Shown one piece after another: positions 1 through 9,777 of a stretch of DNA of 64,000 bases; position 1 is the first letter of the stretch; each line of letters opens with the position of its first letter. The DNA is from an uncultured Bacilli bacterium. Lineage in GTDB: Bacteria > Bacillota_I > Bacilli_A > RF39 > UBA660. Under the pieces are notes generated by a model. The model was not told where the DNA came from, did not search any database, and saw nothing but the letters and a program-made list of their open reading frames with translations. A program made the translations under genes and the position numbers. The DNA lies in contig CAKOHH010000004.1 in the NCBI GenBank assembly GCA_934085675.1, positions 9,709 through 73,708 of the forward strand, given 5' to 3'.

Positions 1-1
1 A

Positions 2-154
2 ACGGCAAAAAAATTTCGTGACTTTTTACGCGAAGAAAAAGAGAAAAGTAAAATAATTATTATTGCCTCCCACATCAAAGAAGATTTAAACTACCTTTGT
101 GACACCGTATACCGGTTTAATGATGGAAAGTTGTTAATAGAAAATGAAAAATAA
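2..154 (+). CDS. ABC transporter ATP-binding protein, C-terminal fragment (5' end outside window)
   Basis: Frame 2 reads ...KIIIIASHIKEDLNYLCDTVYRFNDGKLLIENEK*, typical of an ABC ATPase C-terminus, and is followed directly by membrane-protein genes. Confidence 0.4.
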   Translation, partial: TAKKFRDFLREEKEKSKIIIIASHIKEDLNYLCDTVYRFNDGKLLIENEK

Positions 155-842
155 CCCTTTATTAAATAGCCAAAAATCTCAAACAAAATTTATTTTTCTT
201 TTATTGATAATAATATCTTTCTTTGGTGTTACCGACCTTGCTATCGAAACAGGTTTCATAAAAGGCTTAGAAAAAATTTATACCCATTTTTGGATTATTA
301 TCTGTTTACTTATTTGTCTTTTCATTCAAACGATTCATTTTACAAGTCTTTATAAAAAAAATTATCCTTTCTTAATACGGCAAAAAAATCAAAAAGAAAA
401 TTTAAAAATATTATTAAAGCAACTTCTTATACAAAATTCAATTCTTATTTTAATTTCTTTCTTTTTAACTTCAACAGGTCTAGCTTTAAAATATTTTGGC
501 TTTATCTCTTTCGATGGTTTTCCTCATGCCCTTTTTGTTTTAATAAGATTTAGCATTTATTTAAATCTTCTAAATTTCTTTGTTGCGATAATCTACTGGA
601 TATCAAATATAAAATGGACTATTTTAACAGAGATTACTATTTTTATCTTTATTTTTATATGTCCTATAAAAGTAACACCATTTAACTCTTTTTATTTTAA
701 CTTTGCTAATTATTTATTAGCTAATCCTTTTACAAATGAAATACTTGAAATAACTTGTAGCATTATTAATGTTTTTCTAATGACACTAGTTGACTATATA
801 TTATTTAGATTAGCCTTCTTAAAAAGAAATGATGTGGGGTGA
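144..842 (+). CDS. polytopic membrane protein, ABC-2-type permease-like
   Basis: 232 aa, strongly hydrophobic with multiple predicted TM segments; overlaps the ABC ATPase stop. Confidence 0.45.
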   Translation: MKNNPLLNSQKSQTKFIFLLLIIISFFGVTDLAIETGFIKGLEKIYTHFWIIICLLICLFIQTIHFTSLYKKNYPFLIRQKNQKENLKILLKQLLIQNSILILISFFLTSTGLALKYFGFISFDGFPHALFVLIRFSIYLNLLNFFVAIIYWISNIKWTILTEITIFIFIFICPIKVTPFNSFYFNFANYLLANPFTNEILEITCSIINVFLMTLVDYILFRLAFLKRNDVG

Positions 843-1461
843 AATTATGAATTATTTCATAAATATTATGTTAAGTGATTTGAAAAGAAAAAAGAACTTT
901 TTATTATTCTTCTTAATTGCCTTTATTATTTTAGAAATAGGCATTTATTATTTTTCTGCCCTTAAAACAGATTATAATTTTTTCTTTGGGGCCTATGATT
1001 ATAAAGAAAATGCTTTACTATGCTATATTCTAAAAATATTCAAAGTTATTGGGCCATTTTATCTCTACTACTATTTAACAATAAATGATTTCAAAATCCA
1101 CTATTCACATATCTTTGTTCGCATAACAAGAAAAACTTGGTTAAAGAAAAAAATAATGAGTTATATTATCATTATGTTAATTTTAAAAACTTTTAACTTT
1201 TTATTTTGTCTTCTGCTATATCACAAGATACCACCTTTATTTCTTTTGTTCGAAGATTTACTTTTAGATATAAATATTATCTTTTGCAGTTTCCTTTATA
1301 TTTTTAGCCAAAATACATTTTTTAAAGTTTTACCATTAGCATTACTTTTTGTATTTTACTTTTATATAGGTTTAGATAAAATAGGATTATATATTTTTTT
1401 TAGTCTCTTCTTATTTAGTATCATTTGGTTAATACCCTCTAATATGAAATTAGAAAGATGA
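829..1461 (+). CDS. polytopic membrane protein (second permease-like subunit)
   Basis: 210 aa hydrophobic ORF overlapping the previous gene by 14 nt. Confidence 0.45.
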   Translation: MMWGEIMNYFINIMLSDLKRKKNFLLFFLIAFIILEIGIYYFSALKTDYNFFFGAYDYKENALLCYILKIFKVIGPFYLYYYLTINDFKIHYSHIFVRITRKTWLKKKIMSYIIIMLILKTFNFLFCLLLYHKIPPLFLLFEDLLLDINIIFCSFLYIFSQNTFFKVLPLALLFVFYFYIGLDKIGLYIFFSLFLFSIIWLIPSNMKLER

Positions 1462-1462
1462 A

Positions 1463-1490
1463 AAAAGTCCCTAAAAGGACTTTTTTTAAC
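1463..1490 (+). terminator. rho-independent terminator
   Basis: Hairpin agtcc-ctaaaa-ggact followed by a T7 run just after the stop codon of 829..1461. Confidence 0.55.
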
Positions 1491-1495
1491 ATATT

Positions 1496-1572
1496 TGGTG
1501 ATCCGTACGAGATTCGAACCCGTGAATGTAACCTTGAGAGGGTTATGTGTTAAGCCCCTTCACCAACGGACC
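1496..1572 (-). tRNA. tRNA-Glu, anticodon CUC
   Basis: The reverse complement GGTCCGTTGGTGAAGGGGCTTAACACATAACCCTCTCAAGGTTACATTCACGGGTTCGAATCTCGTACGGATCACCA folds as a cloverleaf: 7-bp acceptor stem with one G-U pair, 3-bp D-stem typical of tRNA-Glu, anticodon loop CUCUCAA, GTTCGAATC T-loop and encoded CCA. It is very similar to the Bacillus tRNA-Glu as I remember it. Confidence 0.7.
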
Positions 1573-1773
1573 ATTTCTTCTTAACAATTAATAGTTTATC
1601 ATTAATAAAGTTCTTTTACAAGTATGTTTTTTTTGCTAAATTTTCTATATAATTACAGTTCAGTCAAGGAACTAGAAAATAAGTGAGTTTTCGCTCACTT
1701 TATAGGTTCTATAATATTTTTACCTTCAAAAGCATTGATTAAAGCATTAAGAATATCTTTTTATTATATATTT

Positions 1774-2508
1774 TTATGAATTTATCCTTTTCAAACTATC
1801 AAATATGTACTTGCCATTTTGCTTGTGAAAAGTATAAATATATGTACTAGATTTATCTATGTAATTATTAATTTCTATATTGTAGTTATCAGAAGATGAT
1901 GTTTCAATATAATCTAGTAAATCTTTTTGATCGTAATTGCTATAAATGTATATTCTACTAGAATAATCGTTCCAATCATTATATATATAAATTGATTTCT
2001 CAGTAATTTGAATTATATCATTCATTTCAATTGCATCTACAATCTTACGTTGAAAAGACTCAAATTGATTTCCACCACAGCCAGCTATTAATTTGTACTG
2101 TTCTGTATCTTTGTCATAATTATATCCGCAACCATAATCATTTAATGTATACACATCCTGATGAGTAAAAGTCATATTGTAACCTAGAACAGAATAGATA
2201 CTTTTCTCAATGTTTGCTTTTGGTATTATTAATTTATCCGCATTTGGATGTTCCTTTAGATAACTGGTAATACCAATATTTAAAATGTATTTATCAGTTA
2301 ATCCAGAATTTTCATATAACTCTTTTAAAACATTTGCATCATTACTTGGATTTATTAAATTATATAAATCTTGAACAATCGAAGAATTTATATCTAAATG
2401 ATTAGAGATTGTATGTTCTTTGATAGAATTATCTTGTATAAAAATATATATAATAATTCCTGAAAATATAATAAATAAACTTATAAATATTCCTACTTTT
2501 TTCTTCAT
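1774..2508 (-). CDS. membrane-anchored hypothetical protein
   Basis: 244 aa with an N-terminal TM/signal anchor and an Asn/Tyr-rich extracytoplasmic region; no recognisable motif. Confidence 0.45.
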   Translation of the reverse strand: MKKKVGIFISLFIIFSGIIIYIFIQDNSIKEHTISNHLDINSSIVQDLYNLINPSNDANVLKELYENSGLTDKYILNIGITSYLKEHPNADKLIIPKANIEKSIYSVLGYNMTFTHQDVYTLNDYGCGYNYDKDTEQYKLIAGCGGNQFESFQRKIVDAIEMNDIIQITEKSIYIYNDWNDYSSRIYIYSNYDQKDLLDYIETSSSDNYNIEINNYIDKSSTYIYTFHKQNGKYIFDSLKRINS

Positions 2509-2530
2509 AGATTTCTCCTCTCAAAATTTA

Positions 2531-3886
2531 TTATGAATAGTATATGGCTCTTTTTCCAAACTGATTATACATTTTTTCAAATTGTACCCTAGCATAAGTC
2601 TCTATTTTACCAGTGTAAGAATCAGAAACATAAATCACATTACTATTATATCCAACTATAACAACACTATGCAAATCACAAATCCATTGAATTCTTTCTC
2701 CAGTTTCTTTATAAATCCATGAAGTACAAACTTTTGTATTTCTTAAATTAATAGACACCCATACTTGGACAGGAATACTTTTTTTTACTAATTCTAAAAC
2801 ATTATTTAAGGAATTACCTGTATAATCGATTATTCCGGCTTTATAATGGTTTGCCACATTGATAATTGGTTTTTGATATACTCCATATCCATGAATATCT
2901 CTTGGATCTCCAACGAATTCAATTTCTGGATTTCCCCCAAAAAGAGTACCATTTACTAGATAAGGCTTATCACCTTTCTTTAATCTATCAACAATATCAT
3001 CAGGAGTAACATTTATATTATAAAAGCGTAATAAATTATATAATGCTATACTTTCACATCCGTTTGGGTATTTTGGATACTGTGAATACGTTGGAAAATT
3101 ATTAATTAAATAAGTTATATCTTTTTCTTTTACGGTGATTTCTCTAACTTGCGATGTTTTATTTCCTAGAGAATCTTGGGAATAATAATAAATTTTATAC
3201 TTTCCTGCTTTAGAATAATTAACTTGGGAATCATCTATATCAAATGGCATTTCACCAAATCTTTCATCATAAGATGACACCCCCTCTTTTAAATTTATAC
3301 TATTACCAATTTCAAAAATTATAGGTGTAAGTCCTGAAATTTTAGGGCCCTCCTTGTCTTCTTTAATAGTAAGTTTAGCATTTTTACTTGACTCATTACC
3401 AAATTCATCAACAATCACAATATTTATATCATGTTCGCCAACTGTTTTATCGCAAGATATATCTTTTATAGTATAGTTAGAATACTCATTAATTTTGGTA
3501 ATAAAATCACTAGCTTTTGGAATTTCTTCATCTATATATATACTAAGATTTTGAACCTCAAATTCTGGTGCTTTTAAATCTTTAATGATTAACTTACTGA
3601 CAAATTTTTCATTATCAATAATGATATTTATATTATACTCGCCAAGTGTTTTGAAAAAAGATAAATCTACATCATTACAAGCAGATGGATTATAATCATA
3701 TAAAAAGTCATTGACTGTTAATTCGCTTCCAACGTCTATAATAAGTTCTTTTTTTATGTTTTTAGATAGGTTATACCTTTTTATTATTTTTAGACTTACT
3801 GGAATCATTATTATAGTTAAAAACACCAATACTAATAGTATGATTTTTTTCTGTTTTTTTCTTTTCCGTATCAAAGAAATCACCAT
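2531..3886 (-). CDS. membrane-anchored peptidase C39-like (papain-fold) domain protein
   Basis: 451 aa with an N-terminal TM segment. The C-terminal ~190 aa carry a Cys...His arrangement (YPNGCESIAL ... DLHSVVIVGY) like the Peptidase_C39_2/YvpB family. Ig-like repeats lie in the middle. Confidence 0.5.
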   Translation of the reverse strand: MVISLIRKRKKQKKIILLVLVFLTIIMIPVSLKIIKRYNLSKNIKKELIIDVGSELTVNDFLYDYNPSACNDVDLSFFKTLGEYNINIIIDNEKFVSKLIIKDLKAPEFEVQNLSIYIDEEIPKASDFITKINEYSNYTIKDISCDKTVGEHDINIVIVDEFGNESSKNAKLTIKEDKEGPKISGLTPIIFEIGNSINLKEGVSSYDERFGEMPFDIDDSQVNYSKAGKYKIYYYSQDSLGNKTSQVREITVKEKDITYLINNFPTYSQYPKYPNGCESIALYNLLRFYNINVTPDDIVDRLKKGDKPYLVNGTLFGGNPEIEFVGDPRDIHGYGVYQKPIINVANHYKAGIIDYTGNSLNNVLELVKKSIPVQVWVSINLRNTKVCTSWIYKETGERIQWICDLHSVVIVGYNSNVIYVSDSYTGKIETYARVQFEKMYNQFGKRAIYYS

Positions 3887-4094
3887 ATCTTTCTTTTATA
3901 TTATATAGTATAAAGTATTGATTTAAAAGACACAATGTAGTTTATAATATATAAAATAAAATTTGTACTCAAAAGGTTTATACATTTAAGCACCTTCACC
4001 AATGAGGCATTTTTTCTTAACAAACAATTACAAGTATGTTTTGTATTTGAATATTCATAAAATTTTCTATATAATTACCCTAGGAGGATAAACT

Positions 4095-5000
4095 ATGCAA
4101 AAAGAAACTATTAAAACAAATTCTAAACAAGATAATTTACCTATCGAAATAACTTTGTATATTCCTGAAAAGGATATTAAAGGAATTGTGCAAATTTCCC
4201 ATGGTATGGCTGAACATAAAGAAAGATATGAAAACTTTCTAACCTTTCTGTGTCAAAATGGTTTTGTTGTGGCAATAAGTGATCACCGTGGTCATGGAAA
4301 AAGTATTTTAAAAAAGGAAGACTTAGGCTATTTTTATGATGAAACAAGTGATTTTATTGTCGAAGATTTACATGACATCACTTTACTTTTAAAAGAAAAA
4401 TATCCGGATAAATCACTTATTTTATTTGGTCATAGCATGGGGTCTTTAGTCGTTCGTAAATACATTCAAAAATATGATAAGGATATTGATAAATTAGTCG
4501 TATGTGGTTCTCCTAGTAAAAACAATTTAGTAGACATCGCTATTTTCTTAACCAAAATAATTAAGCTTTTTAAAGGAGATAATTATCGAAGTAAACTTAT
4601 TCAAAATTTAGCTTTTGGAAGTTATAGTAAAAAAAGTGATTTTAGTGATAATGCTTGGCTTTCTTTTAATAAAGACAACGTTTTAGCCTATGATAAAGAT
4701 GAATACTGTGGTTTTATCTTTACAACAAATGGTTTTCTAAATTTATTTAGATTAATGAAAAGTGTTTATCAAAAAAGAAACTATACAGTTCATAATAAGG
4801 ATTTACCTATTTATTTTATTGCTGGCGAAAATGACCCTGTTATTATAAATAAAAAAGCATGGTTAAAAAGTCAAGAATTTCTAAAGTCATGTGGTTACCA
4901 AAATATTGCTTCTACTCTTTACCCTCACATGAAACATGAAATATTAAATGAAACTGATAAAGATAAAGTTTATCAAGATATATTAAATTTTTGTAAATAA
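4095..5000 (+). CDS. alpha/beta hydrolase (lysophospholipase / monoacylglycerol lipase-like)
   Basis: 301 aa with the nucleophile elbow GHSMGS, an HRGHGKS motif and a late His; good RBS (aggagga) upstream. Confidence 0.7.
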   Translation: MQKETIKTNSKQDNLPIEITLYIPEKDIKGIVQISHGMAEHKERYENFLTFLCQNGFVVAISDHRGHGKSILKKEDLGYFYDETSDFIVEDLHDITLLLKEKYPDKSLILFGHSMGSLVVRKYIQKYDKDIDKLVVCGSPSKNNLVDIAIFLTKIIKLFKGDNYRSKLIQNLAFGSYSKKSDFSDNAWLSFNKDNVLAYDKDEYCGFIFTTNGFLNLFRLMKSVYQKRNYTVHNKDLPIYFIAGENDPVIINKKAWLKSQEFLKSCGYQNIASTLYPHMKHEILNETDKDKVYQDILNFCK

Positions 5001-5001
5001 A

Positions 5002-5032
5002 AAATGAAGTGCTCTACATTTCATTTTTTTTA
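5002..5032. terminator. bidirectional rho-independent terminator between convergent genes
   Basis: Hairpin aaatgaag-tgctctac-atttcat flanked by A/T runs on both sides. Confidence 0.4.
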
Positions 5033-5856
5033 TTATCATAATCATCCAAAAAGGAATGAACTTCACTACCCTCACGATAACCTAAAACACAATCTAAATT
5101 AATATTACTCATACTTTTAAAAATATTGTAATCAATATCTTTATTTATTTTTCGTAAATTTTTAATAAGTTCTTTAATCTCTTTGCGCTTACTCGTCCCA
5201 TCATTAATTAAGGAACATCCTTCAGTAAAGCGACAAGCACAATTAATAAAAGTAAGTTCATTATAATTTTTCCAAGAAATAATATCTTCTTCATGTATAT
5301 GATACATTGGTCTAATAAGTTCAATCCCAGAAAAATTATCACTATGTAATTTCGGCATCATTGTTTTTACTTCACAACCGTAAAACATAGAAAGAAGTGT
5401 TGTTTCAATGACATCATCAAAATGATGGCCCAGACTTATTTTATTACAGCTTTTTTCTTTGGCGTAGTTATAAAGGTAGCCTCTTCGCATGCGTGCACAT
5501 AAATAACAAGGACTTTTGCCAGGATACTTTTCGACAACATCAAAAATATCTGATTCAAAAATTTCAATTGGCACACCTAATATTTCGGCATTTTCTTTAA
5601 TTTTATTTAAATTATAATCATTATAACCAGGATTCATAACAACAAAACAAACTTCAAAATTAATTTGCCCATGTCGTTTTAATTCTTGAAATAATTTAGC
5701 CATCAAAAAAGAATCTTTACCACCACTGATACAAACCATAATTTTGTCATTTTCTTTTACTAATTCATAATCTTTAATGGCTTTAATAAATCTTGTCCAA
5801 ATTGTCTTACGATATTTTTTTATAATACTTCTTTCAATTTCTTTTGTTTTATCCAT
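5014..5856 (-). CDS. PP-loop ATPase, TtcA-like tRNA 2-thiocytidine synthetase family
   Basis: 280 aa with the SGGKDS PP-loop motif and Cys clusters (CYLCARMRRG, CACR) typical of TtcA. Confidence 0.6.
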   Translation of the reverse strand: MDKTKEIERSIIKKYRKTIWTRFIKAIKDYELVKENDKIMVCISGGKDSFLMAKLFQELKRHGQINFEVCFVVMNPGYNDYNLNKIKENAEILGVPIEIFESDIFDVVEKYPGKSPCYLCARMRRGYLYNYAKEKSCNKISLGHHFDDVIETTLLSMFYGCEVKTMMPKLHSDNFSGIELIRPMYHIHEEDIISWKNYNELTFINCACRFTEGCSLINDGTSKRKEIKELIKNLRKINKDIDYNIFKSMSNINLDCVLGYREGSEVHSFLDDYDNKKNEM

Positions 5857-6960
5857 CTAAATCACACTTTCTAAAACGGTAATTAGTTTATCTAGTTCCT
5901 CTTTTGTTGTCAAGTAAGATAGACTAACTCTTATGGAAGAAGAAGCTAGGCGTTTATTTTTCGTTAAAGCATAGACAAGTTTAGATGGTGTATTTAAAGG
6001 GCAGCAACTTGTTTTAGCCGAAACAATAATTCCTTTTTCTTCTAATAAGGAAACTAGGTCATTCGCATTCATTTTTAACACACTAAAATTCACAAAGTAA
6101 ACTGATGAACGAGAGGTATTATTGATGACAATATCTTTTTTATTTTTTAAATAATCTAACAGATAAGTTTGTAATTCTAATACATAAGAATGGTGTTTAT
6201 TTTGTTCTTCTAAGGCCAGTTTTAAAGCCGTATAAAAAGCAACAATATTAGGAAGTATAGGTGTACCACTGCGATAGTTTGTTGTACTTCTTCCCCCGTG
6301 AAGTAAAGGGACTAATTCTACATTTTCTTTTTTTATAAGAATAGAAGTGCCATCTAAGCCACTTAATTTATGAGCAGAAATGGTTGCTAAATCAACATTT
6401 GTAAAATTAAAAGGTTCTTTACCTATTATCTGAGTCGCATCCGTATGAAAATAAGTATGAGGATATTTTTTTAACATTTTACCGATTTCATCAATAGGTT
6501 CTACAATACCAAGTTCACTATCCATCGCGGTAACACTTACAAAAATTGTATCCGGACGAAGTCTTTTTTCAATCTCAAAAGGCGTAATAATTCCCTCTTC
6601 ATTTACAGGAACCACTTCTATCTCAAAACCTTTTTCACTCATGTAAGTTAAAGGACTTAAAATAGAAGAATGCTCTAAACTACTTACCAATATATGTTTG
6701 CCAAAGTTTTTGTATCTTTCTAAAATACCTTTGACTGCTAAATTATTAGATTCGGTAGAACCAGATGTATAAATAATTTCATCAGGTAAAACACCTAATA
6801 AATCAGCTATTTTTTTAGTAGTATCTTGAATTTTCTCATTTGCTTTTGTTCCTAAAATATGGTTAGAATTGGGATTAGCAAAATCTTGGCATGCCATAAT
6901 AAAACTATCTAACACTTCTTTGCGGACCAATGATGCCGCGGCATAATCAAAATAAATCAT
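5857..6960 (-). CDS. cysteine desulfurase (class V aminotransferase, NifS/IscS-like)
   Basis: 367 aa with aminotransferase-V fold signatures, the PLP lysine in SAHKLSG and a conserved Cys near the C-terminus; adjacent to the TtcA-like gene. Confidence 0.7.
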   Translation of the reverse strand: MIYFDYAAASLVRKEVLDSFIMACQDFANPNSNHILGTKANEKIQDTTKKIADLLGVLPDEIIYTSGSTESNNLAVKGILERYKNFGKHILVSSLEHSSILSPLTYMSEKGFEIEVVPVNEEGIITPFEIEKRLRPDTIFVSVTAMDSELGIVEPIDEIGKMLKKYPHTYFHTDATQIIGKEPFNFTNVDLATISAHKLSGLDGTSILIKKENVELVPLLHGGRSTTNYRSGTPILPNIVAFYTALKLALEEQNKHHSYVLELQTYLLDYLKNKKDIVINNTSRSSVYFVNFSVLKMNANDLVSLLEEKGIIVSAKTSCCPLNTPSKLVYALTKNKRLASSSIRVSLSYLTTKEELDKLITVLESVI

Positions 6961-6985
6961 AAATTCACCTCAAACATTATTTATT

Positions 6986-7222
6986 TTATGGTTTGTTAGC
7001 TTTTTTAGCAAGATAATTTTGAGCATAAGAACATAAACCGATTATTTCCTTATTTGGATATAAATCTATAAAATAATCCATGATATCTTTAGCTAATCCT
7101 AAACCTCTTTTGTTTTCTTTAACCCAAACTTTATCAATATAAAGGGTGTGTTCTTTTTCATGGTAATCAAGACTTACCCACTCATTTTCATCTTTTATTT
7201 TATTTTTTTCTAATATATACAT
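6986..7222 (-). CDS. small GNAT-like acetyltransferase domain protein
   Basis: 78 aa; the RGLGLAKDIMDYFIDL segment resembles the GNAT acetyl-CoA binding motif. Confidence 0.35.
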   Translation of the reverse strand: MYILEKNKIKDENEWVSLDYHEKEHTLYIDKVWVKENKRGLGLAKDIMDYFIDLYPNKEIIGLCSYAQNYLAKKANKP

Positions 7223-7288
7223 AATACCACCTTCATTCGCCGTGCCAAAAGATTACTTTTCTCTTATCCTATAGTAGGGGGGATCTTT

Positions 7289-7690
7289 ATGCGAATTATA
7301 TTTATTACTATTCTAACAGTTTTTATCCAAGTTAGTGAGTTTTTATATGGAAGTATTGATTACTTACTTCTTTCTTTATTTACTCTTTTTCTTCTTAATT
7401 ATTTTCTTTCTTTATTTATTGAAATAAAAAATAAAACATTTAAAAAGAGAGATATTATTTTAAAAATGTTTAAAATATTTGGTTATCTCTCTTTAATCAC
7501 TGTTGCTGTTTTTCTAGAACATATTTTCACCTTAGATAACGTTCGTAAATTAGTGCTAGAAACATTCTTCATAAATGAAGTGAGCTGTATTTTTAAACAT
7601 GCCATGGCACTTGGCCTTAAAATACCTGATTTTTTAATTAATTATTTACAAAAACTTTTAGATTCTTTAACAAAACCGATTAAGCCTTAA
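7289..7690 (+). CDS. holin-like membrane protein (phage_holin_4_1 / TcdE-like family)
   Basis: 133 aa with 3 TM segments; the C-terminal FINEVSCIFKHAMALGLKIPDFL resembles the NE.SILEN..LG.P signature of this holin family. Confidence 0.45.
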   Translation: MRIIFITILTVFIQVSEFLYGSIDYLLLSLFTLFLLNYFLSLFIEIKNKTFKKRDIILKMFKIFGYLSLITVAVFLEHIFTLDNVRKLVLETFFINEVSCIFKHAMALGLKIPDFLINYLQKLLDSLTKPIKP

Positions 7691-7702
7691 ATTAAAGATA
7701 TT

Positions 7703-9349
7703 TTAAGACAAAGAATTGATTCTTTTTTCTAATTCTTCTTTTCCTAAAATAAGCATTATATCGTATAAATTTGGTGTTTTAGAACGTCCTGTCAAGGCAA
7801 CTCTTATAACAGTAGAAACATCAGCAACATTGCCTTTAAAGTTTTCAGGATTTTTCTTATATTCTTTCATATTAGAAGCATAACCAAGTTCATCACATAA
7901 AAGTTTTATTTTATTAAACCAATCTTCTTGATTATCTTTTTCATCATAATATTTTGTAATATAAGTTTGTAAAATATTTTTTATTTCATCCATATCATTT
8001 ATTTTTTGCCATTCGTAAGTTTCACATGCAAACTCGCCATACATATAGGAAATATTGTTTTTAATTTCACTAAACATGGCATAATCTTTACGTGGTTTTT
8101 CACATTCTCTTTCAATATTTAAAGTAGCAATGATGATATCTTTGTAAGTTTCTAAATCAGAAGAAAATTCTTCGTCATATATTTTAGCCCAAGATAAAAG
8201 TTCATTATAAAACTTTTCAGCACTAATGCGACTTAAATAGTTACGAGAAATATTAAGGAGTTTTTCCATATCAAATAAAGCTCCACTTGTACTCATGTTA
8301 TCAAATGACACATAAAAATCATTAATATTTTTATCAGGATTATTTAAAAACCATTCTTCAAAGTTAGAGTTAGCAAGAGTTAGTAAATAGATTTTAACAG
8401 CTTCTTTAGGAATACCTTTTTCGCTGTAATAAGCTACATTAGCTTCAGGATCTTTTCTCTTACTAATTTTTCTTCTTTTACCATCTTCTTCTTTTTGAAT
8501 CGTTGCTAAATGAGCATAATGAGGAACAGGGAACCCTAAAGTATTAAATAAATCCACATGGACTGGCAAGCTACTTACCCATTCATCACCACGAGTTACA
8601 TGTGTTGTTCCCATTAAAGTATCGTCAACTGCATGGGCAAAATGATAAGTTGGAATACCATCACTTTTTAATAAAACAATATCCATGTCATTTTCTGGAA
8701 ATTCAATACGACCTTTAATACAGTCATTAACAACAATTTTATTGTCAAAGCTTCCTTTACTTTTTAAACGAATAACATAAGGAATTCCTGCTTCTACTTT
8801 TTCTTTTACTTCTTCCATGGTCATAGCCCGTTCTTTACTAGCCCAAATGCCATAGTAACCAATTCTTTGTTTTCTTTTTTGTTGTTTTTCCGTAATTTCT
8901 TTTTTTTCTTCTTCGGTTAAAAAAGATGGATACGCTAAATCTTTAATAAGTAAATCTTTTACAAAAGCTTGATAAATATCTACTCTTTTACTTTGAACAT
9001 AAGGAGCATAATCTCCTACATAATGATTTATGTCTATTGGATATTCATCAAAATTAACCTCATATTCTTTAACAGAATTAATAATTTGGTCAATGGCATC
9101 TACAACTAAACGTTTTTGATCGGTATCCTCGATTCTTAAAAAACAGACACCACCTGATTCATGAGCCAGTCTTTCAGCCACGATTGCTTGGTAAAGAGTT
9201 CCAATATGAACAAAGCCCGTTGGACTTGGGGCAATACGAGTTACCATAGCCCCTTCTTTTAAATTTCTTTTTGGATATTTTTTTTCATAGTAAGTTCTAT
9301 CATGTAAAACATTAGGTAAAAGCATACTAGCATATTCTTCTCTTGTCAT
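7703..9349 (-). CDS. gltX: glutamate--tRNA ligase (GluRS/GlnRS class I family)
   Basis: 548 aa with RIAPSPTGFVHIGTL (HIGH motif), FLRIEDTDQKR and KISKR (KMSKS). Confidence 0.8.
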   Translation of the reverse strand: MTREEYASMLLPNVLHDRTYYEKKYPKRNLKEGAMVTRIAPSPTGFVHIGTLYQAIVAERLAHESGGVCFLRIEDTDQKRLVVDAIDQIINSVKEYEVNFDEYPIDINHYVGDYAPYVQSKRVDIYQAFVKDLLIKDLAYPSFLTEEEKKEITEKQQKRKQRIGYYGIWASKERAMTMEEVKEKVEAGIPYVIRLKSKGSFDNKIVVNDCIKGRIEFPENDMDIVLLKSDGIPTYHFAHAVDDTLMGTTHVTRGDEWVSSLPVHVDLFNTLGFPVPHYAHLATIQKEEDGKRRKISKRKDPEANVAYYSEKGIPKEAVKIYLLTLANSNFEEWFLNNPDKNINDFYVSFDNMSTSGALFDMEKLLNISRNYLSRISAEKFYNELLSWAKIYDEEFSSDLETYKDIIIATLNIERECEKPRKDYAMFSEIKNNISYMYGEFACETYEWQKINDMDEIKNILQTYITKYYDEKDNQEDWFNKIKLLCDELGYASNMKEYKKNPENFKGNVADVSTVIRVALTGRSKTPNLYDIMLILGKEELEKRINSLS

Positions 9350-9354
9350 TTTAT

Positions 9355-9775
9355 TTCCTTCTTTCTAAAATAAAAAGATGGTACACCCAAAGGACGAATC
9401 TATCGTGGTACCACCTTATTTTTTTTCTTCTTTTGATAACGGGAAATACCCGGATTATACTTAAACGCACAACCAACTCCAAAGTTTCTTCAAAATATTG
9501 CTTTATCTATTTCCACCAATAAACATAGATTCTCTATAAAAGCAAAATATTTTTACTCTTCTTCTTCTCTGCTTTCAAAAATATTTTAAAAGTTTTTCTT
9601 TCGTTTGTCAACTTCAATTAACAAAATGTTAAGAGTCGGTCATTAAACTTATCTATCATTTCTTTTTTATGTTAACGATGCGGGAAACAAATTATAAATA
9701 GCATTTTCATATTATGATTATCCTTTTGTTTATAAAATATAAGTTTTAACTAATTATTTTAATTTGCAAAATAAA
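9355..9775 (-). promoter_or_regulatory. long 5' leader of gltX; candidate T-box riboswitch
   Basis: A ~430 nt untranslated leader. The minus-strand sequence AAUAAGGUGGUACCACGAU ~50 nt upstream of the ATG resembles the T-box consensus AGGGUGGUACCGCG and is followed by a hairpin and a U run. Confidence 0.35.
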
Positions 9776-9777
9776 TA

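Noticed and set aside
3711-3908. 65-aa plus-strand ORF overlapping the start of the C39-like peptidase gene
   Set aside because: It lies entirely within and antisense to a well-supported gene and is hydrophobic and low-complexity, so it is an artefact.
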